Positions 16,630 to 19,304 of a DNA stretch of 19,304 nt are shown here, piece by piece. Source of the stretch: Myxococcota bacterium (lineage in GTDB: Bacteria; Myxococcota_A; UBA9042; PHBI01; JAWLBL01); assembly GCA_041687695.1 (NCBI GenBank), contig JAWLBL010000048.1, positions 9,719 to 29,022 on the forward strand, written 5' to 3'. Position 1 is the first letter of the stretch. Each line of letters opens with the position of its first letter. The notes under the pieces are model-generated. The model searched no databases, was not told the origin of the DNA, and saw nothing but the letters and a program-made list of their open reading frames with translations. The position numbers and the translations under genes are program-made.

Positions 16630-16912
16630 GGGCGCCTCGCTGGGGCGGGTCCGGCTCGGGGCCTGGCGTGGCGCGCCGGACGAAGGTGATGACCGTGACG
16701 GCGGCGAGCACGGCGAAGACCAGGGCGACGTCGAGGAGCCCCGGCGCGTCCATGGCGTGGGCGAGGAGCAGGAGGACGCCGACGCCGGTGGTGCCGAAGA
16801 GCTGGGCGGCGAGCATGCGGTCGGCGGCGGTCGGGCCGCGGGCCACGCGGCGCAGGCCGACCAGCAGGGTCAGCAGGAGCACGATGGCGGCGAGCTCGGT
16901 CAGGTGGGTCAT
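16616..16912 (-). CDS. mrpF: Mrp antiporter subunit F (98 aa)
   Basis: Start MTHLTELAA at 16912 (ATGA overlap with mrpE). Motifs RVARGPTAADRMLA and LDVALVFAVL. This is the C-terminal part of track ORF 16616..17518. Confidence 0.92.
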   Translation of the reverse strand: MTHLTELAAIVLLLTLLVGLRRVARGPTAADRMLAAQLFGTTGVGVLLLLAHAMDAPGLLDVALVFAVLAAVTVITFVRRATPGPEPDPPQRGAHDPP

Positions 16913-17472
16913 GATGGGGGCTCGGAGGACGCGGGCAGGGGGTGGCCGTGCAGGGCGGCCACCTTGGCCTCGAGGCGGCCGAGCTCGGCGGTGACCGCCT
17001 GGGGGGAGCCGGAGAGGGCGTGCACGGTGAGCGCGGCGCCGTCGAGGTCGGCCGCGAGCGTGCCGGGCACGAGCCCGACGAGCGCGACGAAGAACAGGGC
17101 GGCGGGGCTGTCGGGCGGCAGACGCAGCGGGTAGTGGACGAGGCTGGGCGCGATGGGGCGGCGCGGGGCGAGCGCGCGGCGGGCCACGTCGAGGCCGCCG
17201 TGGACCGAGCGCCAGGCGAACCAGGGCAGGAAGACGGCGAGGGGGCCTAGGCGCCAGCGGCCGTGGGGGCGGGGTGGGCTGAGCCACAGGCTGGCGGCCG
17301 TGGCGGCGGCGACGACGGGAACGCCGACCCACCACAGGCCAGGGCGATCGTCGCCGATGGCCCACCACGCCGCGAGCAGGGGCAGCGCGCGCACGAACGC
17401 CGCGGGCGCACCGGTGCCGTTGCGCGGGTGCTCGTTGGGCAAACCTGCCTCCGTCTCGTGGGGGATGCTCAC
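16909..17472 (-). CDS. mrpE: Mrp antiporter subunit E (about 187 aa, start uncertain)
   Basis: Motifs GGLDVARRALAP, P.LVHYPLRL, LVPGTL and LTVHAL. Confidence 0.88.
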   Translation of the reverse strand: MSIPHETEAGLPNEHPRNGTGAPAAFVRALPLLAAWWAIGDDRPGLWWVGVPVVAAATAASLWLSPPRPHGRWRLGPLAVFLPWFAWRSVHGGLDVARRALAPRRPIAPSLVHYPLRLPPDSPAALFFVALVGLVPGTLAADLDGAALTVHALSGSPQAVTAELGRLEAKVAALHGHPLPASSEPPS

Positions 17473-17539
17473 GAGGTTGGAGGGGCGCCCGCGGAGGGGC
17501 CAGCTTCGGGTCCGACACGGGTAAGTGGAAGGGGGCCGC

Positions 17540-18060
17540 TCAGTGCAGGCCGATGTCGTGGGTGCGGACGGGGGGGCCGACGGGGACGGGGATCTTGAGG
17601 GTCACGACGAAGCCGAGCTCGTGGCCGCGGGGGCGCTTGGCCTCGGGGGCGGTCAGGTCGAGGGCGCCGCGCAGGCCGAGGCCGAAGAGGCCGGCCGAGA
17701 ACCAGACGCCGAGCTGGGGGCCGGTGCTGGCGGCCAGGCGGTGGGTCTCGCCGCGGTGGAACCAGCCCAGCTCGAGGCCGAGGCCGTGGCCGGCCTGCAG
17801 GCCGCCGGCGAAGCGGAAGTGGTCGGTCAGGTGCTCGAGCTGCGCGAAGGCGCCCCAGCCGAGGCCGGGATTGAGGCTGGAGGCGGCGGGCCACAGGAGG
17901 GTCGAGACCTCGAGGCGACGCCGAAGCCGGGGCCCGGGCCCGACGCCACGGTGAAGATCGGACCTGGCAGGAAGTAGCCGCCGACCTCGGCCGCGGCGGA
18001 CGAGGGGGCGGCCAGGGCGAGGGCGAGCAGGGCCGGCTTGAGCGAGGCGCGGAGCGGCAT
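17540..18060 (-). pseudogene. Frameshifted gene for a secreted Gly/aromatic-rich beta-strand protein (about 173 aa if repaired)
   Basis: Signal peptide MPLRASLKPALLALALAAPSSAAA from 18060. After ...GFGV the high-GC3 frame shifts at 17915-17916 (one base missing) and continues LEVSTLLWP...GWGAFAQLE...GLELGWFH...ELGFVVTLKIP...DIGLH to TGA at 17540-17542. The span is 521 bp (3n-1). Confidence 0.7.
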
Positions 18061-18092
18061 GGCGAGGCCTTGGAGGCGGTCGGGCGGAGCGG

Positions 18093-18794
18093 TCAGAGGG
18101 CGAGGGTCATCAGCTCTTCGGTGACCGGGTGGCCGTGGACCTGGAACGAGTCGTGCTCGATGGCCCAGGTGCGGAAGCCGAACGACTGATAGAGGGCGCG
18201 GGCCGGGGCGTTGGTGGTGTTGACGCCGAGGTCGAGCAGGGTGAGATGGGGGCGCTGGCGGGCGTGGGCGAGGGCGGCGGTCAGGAGGACGCGGGCGAGG
18301 CCGAGGCGGCGGTGCTCGGCGGGGACGTACAGGCCCCACAGGGTCGCGCGGTGACGGCGCTTGGCGTGCGGGTCGCGGTGGACGCCGCAGGTGCCGGCCA
18401 GCGTGTCGCCGGCGAAGGCGAGCAGGACGAAGGAGCCGTCGGGGTCGGGGGTCAGGCGCTCGGCGACGACGGAGAGGGGCCGCGTGACCTCTTCGGGCTC
18501 GCTGGAGAGGAAGGCGGTCGGGCGCTCGCGCAGGCCGCGCAGGCGGAGGGCTTGCCAGGCCGGGGCGTCGTCAGGGGTGGCGAGGCGGACGTGGACGCGA
18601 GGGGAGGGTGAGGGTGGTGGAGAGAGCGTCGCGGTGAGGTCGAGGCGCTCCATGGCGTCGAGGGCGAGCTCGGCGCGGCCCTCGGCGCACAGGCCCTGGA
18701 GGCCGGCGTCCTCGAAGGCGGCGCGGGCGGCGTCGAGGCAGGCGGCGCGGACGCGCTCGGCGAGGGCGCGCGGGTCGGTGGGCGGCGACGGCAT
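18093..18794 (-). CDS. GNAT N-acetyltransferase with N-terminal small helical domain (233 aa)
   Basis: GGAG RBS before ATG 18794. GNAT motifs LWGLYVPAEHRRLGLAR.LL and LGVNTTNAPARALYQSFGF. N-terminal segment AERVRAACLDAARAAFEDAGLQGLCAEGRAELALDAM, then a Pro/Ser linker. Confidence 0.9.
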   Translation of the reverse strand: MPSPPTDPRALAERVRAACLDAARAAFEDAGLQGLCAEGRAELALDAMERLDLTATLSPPPSPSPRVHVRLATPDDAPAWQALRLRGLRERPTAFLSSEPEEVTRPLSVVAERLTPDPDGSFVLLAFAGDTLAGTCGVHRDPHAKRRHRATLWGLYVPAEHRRLGLARVLLTAALAHARQRPHLTLLDLGVNTTNAPARALYQSFGFRTWAIEHDSFQVHGHPVTEELMTLAL

Positions 18795-18871
18795 CGTGAG
18801 GGCTCCGGTGGGCAGGGGTGGGCGGAGCTTACACGAGCGGCGCGGTGGCGCATGCATGGTCGCTGCGGCGG

Positions 18872-19220
18872 GCCAGCTGGAAGCCGGCGATCCCAGGGCG
18901 GCGGGCGCGAGCTGGTGACCGGTTCCGGCCGGCTGGAAGCCGGCGATCCCAGGGGGCGGCGGGCGCGAGCTGCTTACCGGTTCCGGGCCGGCTGGAAGCC
19001 GGCGATCCCAGGGCGGCGGTCGGTGCCGTCGGAGCGCCCGCGCTCGCGCGGGCTCGTCGGATCGCGCCGCTCGCGGCGCATGGAACCGCGACCATTCCGG
19101 GCCGGCTGGAAGCCGGCGGTCCCAGGGCGGCGGGCGCGAGCTGGTGACCGGTTCCGGCCGGCTGGAAGCCGGCGATCCCAGGGCGGCGGTCGGTGCCGAC
19201 CATTTCGGGCCGGCTGGAAG
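18872..19220. repeat. Mosaic REP/BIME-like array of GCCGGCTGGAAGCCGGCG(A/G)TCCCAGG units
   Basis: Units start at 18872, 18928, 18987, 19101, 19157 and 19209 (truncated). The consensus has the hairpin GCCGGCT-GGA-AGCCGGC. Linkers fall into two recurring types. Confidence 0.9.
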
Positions 19221-19304
19221 AGGGTGTCGTATTGATGCCGGCTGAGCCGGCGATGGAGTGCTCCGGCTTGCCGGAGCCCCGGCCCCGGCGGCTTGCCGCC
19301 GGGA
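19220..19304. repeat. Double-hairpin REP-like element, copy D (inverted relative to A and C)
   Basis: GAGGGTGTCGTA ... GGAGTGCTCC-GGC-TT-GCC-GGAGCCCC ... CCCGGCGGC-TT-GCCGCCGGG. 19254-19304 is the reverse complement of 1-51. Confidence 0.9.

Noticed and set aside
10400..18900. Many plus-strand ORFs and strong G/purine skew
   Set aside because: These are antisense shadows of minus-strand genes with C-ending codons. They show no recognisable motifs.
18872..19220. Possible CRISPR array (26-bp palindromic repeat with ~30-bp gaps)
   Set aside because: The spacers are copies of two linker types rather than unique sequences, spacing is irregular, and no cas genes or AT-rich leader are present.
1..19304. 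Autonomous transposon, prophage or linear plasmid implied by the terminal inverted repeat
   Set aside because: No transposase, integrase, phage, terminal-protein or replication gene was found, and the cargo looks chromosomal. Kept only as a lower-probability finding.

Overview
Very GC-rich bacterial DNA, probably Gram-negative and Myxococcota-like (inferred from GC content, gene content and repeat style). Left to right: a cluster of palindromic repeats (1-370); a LysM-like plus NlpC/P60-like Cys-His hydrolase with no signal peptide (504-1904), abutting a secreted Asp-box protein (1905-2942), which together look like a cell-wall-degrading effector and immunity pair; a GST and a lipoprotein cyclase-family hydrolase divergent from a LysR regulator; an intergenic unit bounded by GAAAGGGGTC/GACCCCTTTC inverted motifs, holding eight 27-bp hairpin repeats and an unlisted 59-codon ORF; a PAS hybrid histidine kinase; a membrane class III adenylate cyclase; a nine-gene group-3-type Mrp cation/H+ antiporter operon (E-F-G-DUF4040-B-C-D-D-D'); a frameshifted secreted beta-strand protein; a GNAT fused to a small Cys-containing helical domain; and a mosaic REP-like array (18872-19220). 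The first and last 51 bp are exact reverse complements. They belong to a double-hairpin repeat family with compensatory base changes in a divergent copy. No transposase, RNA gene or CRISPR array was seen. All assignments come from reading motifs by eye; no database searches were run.
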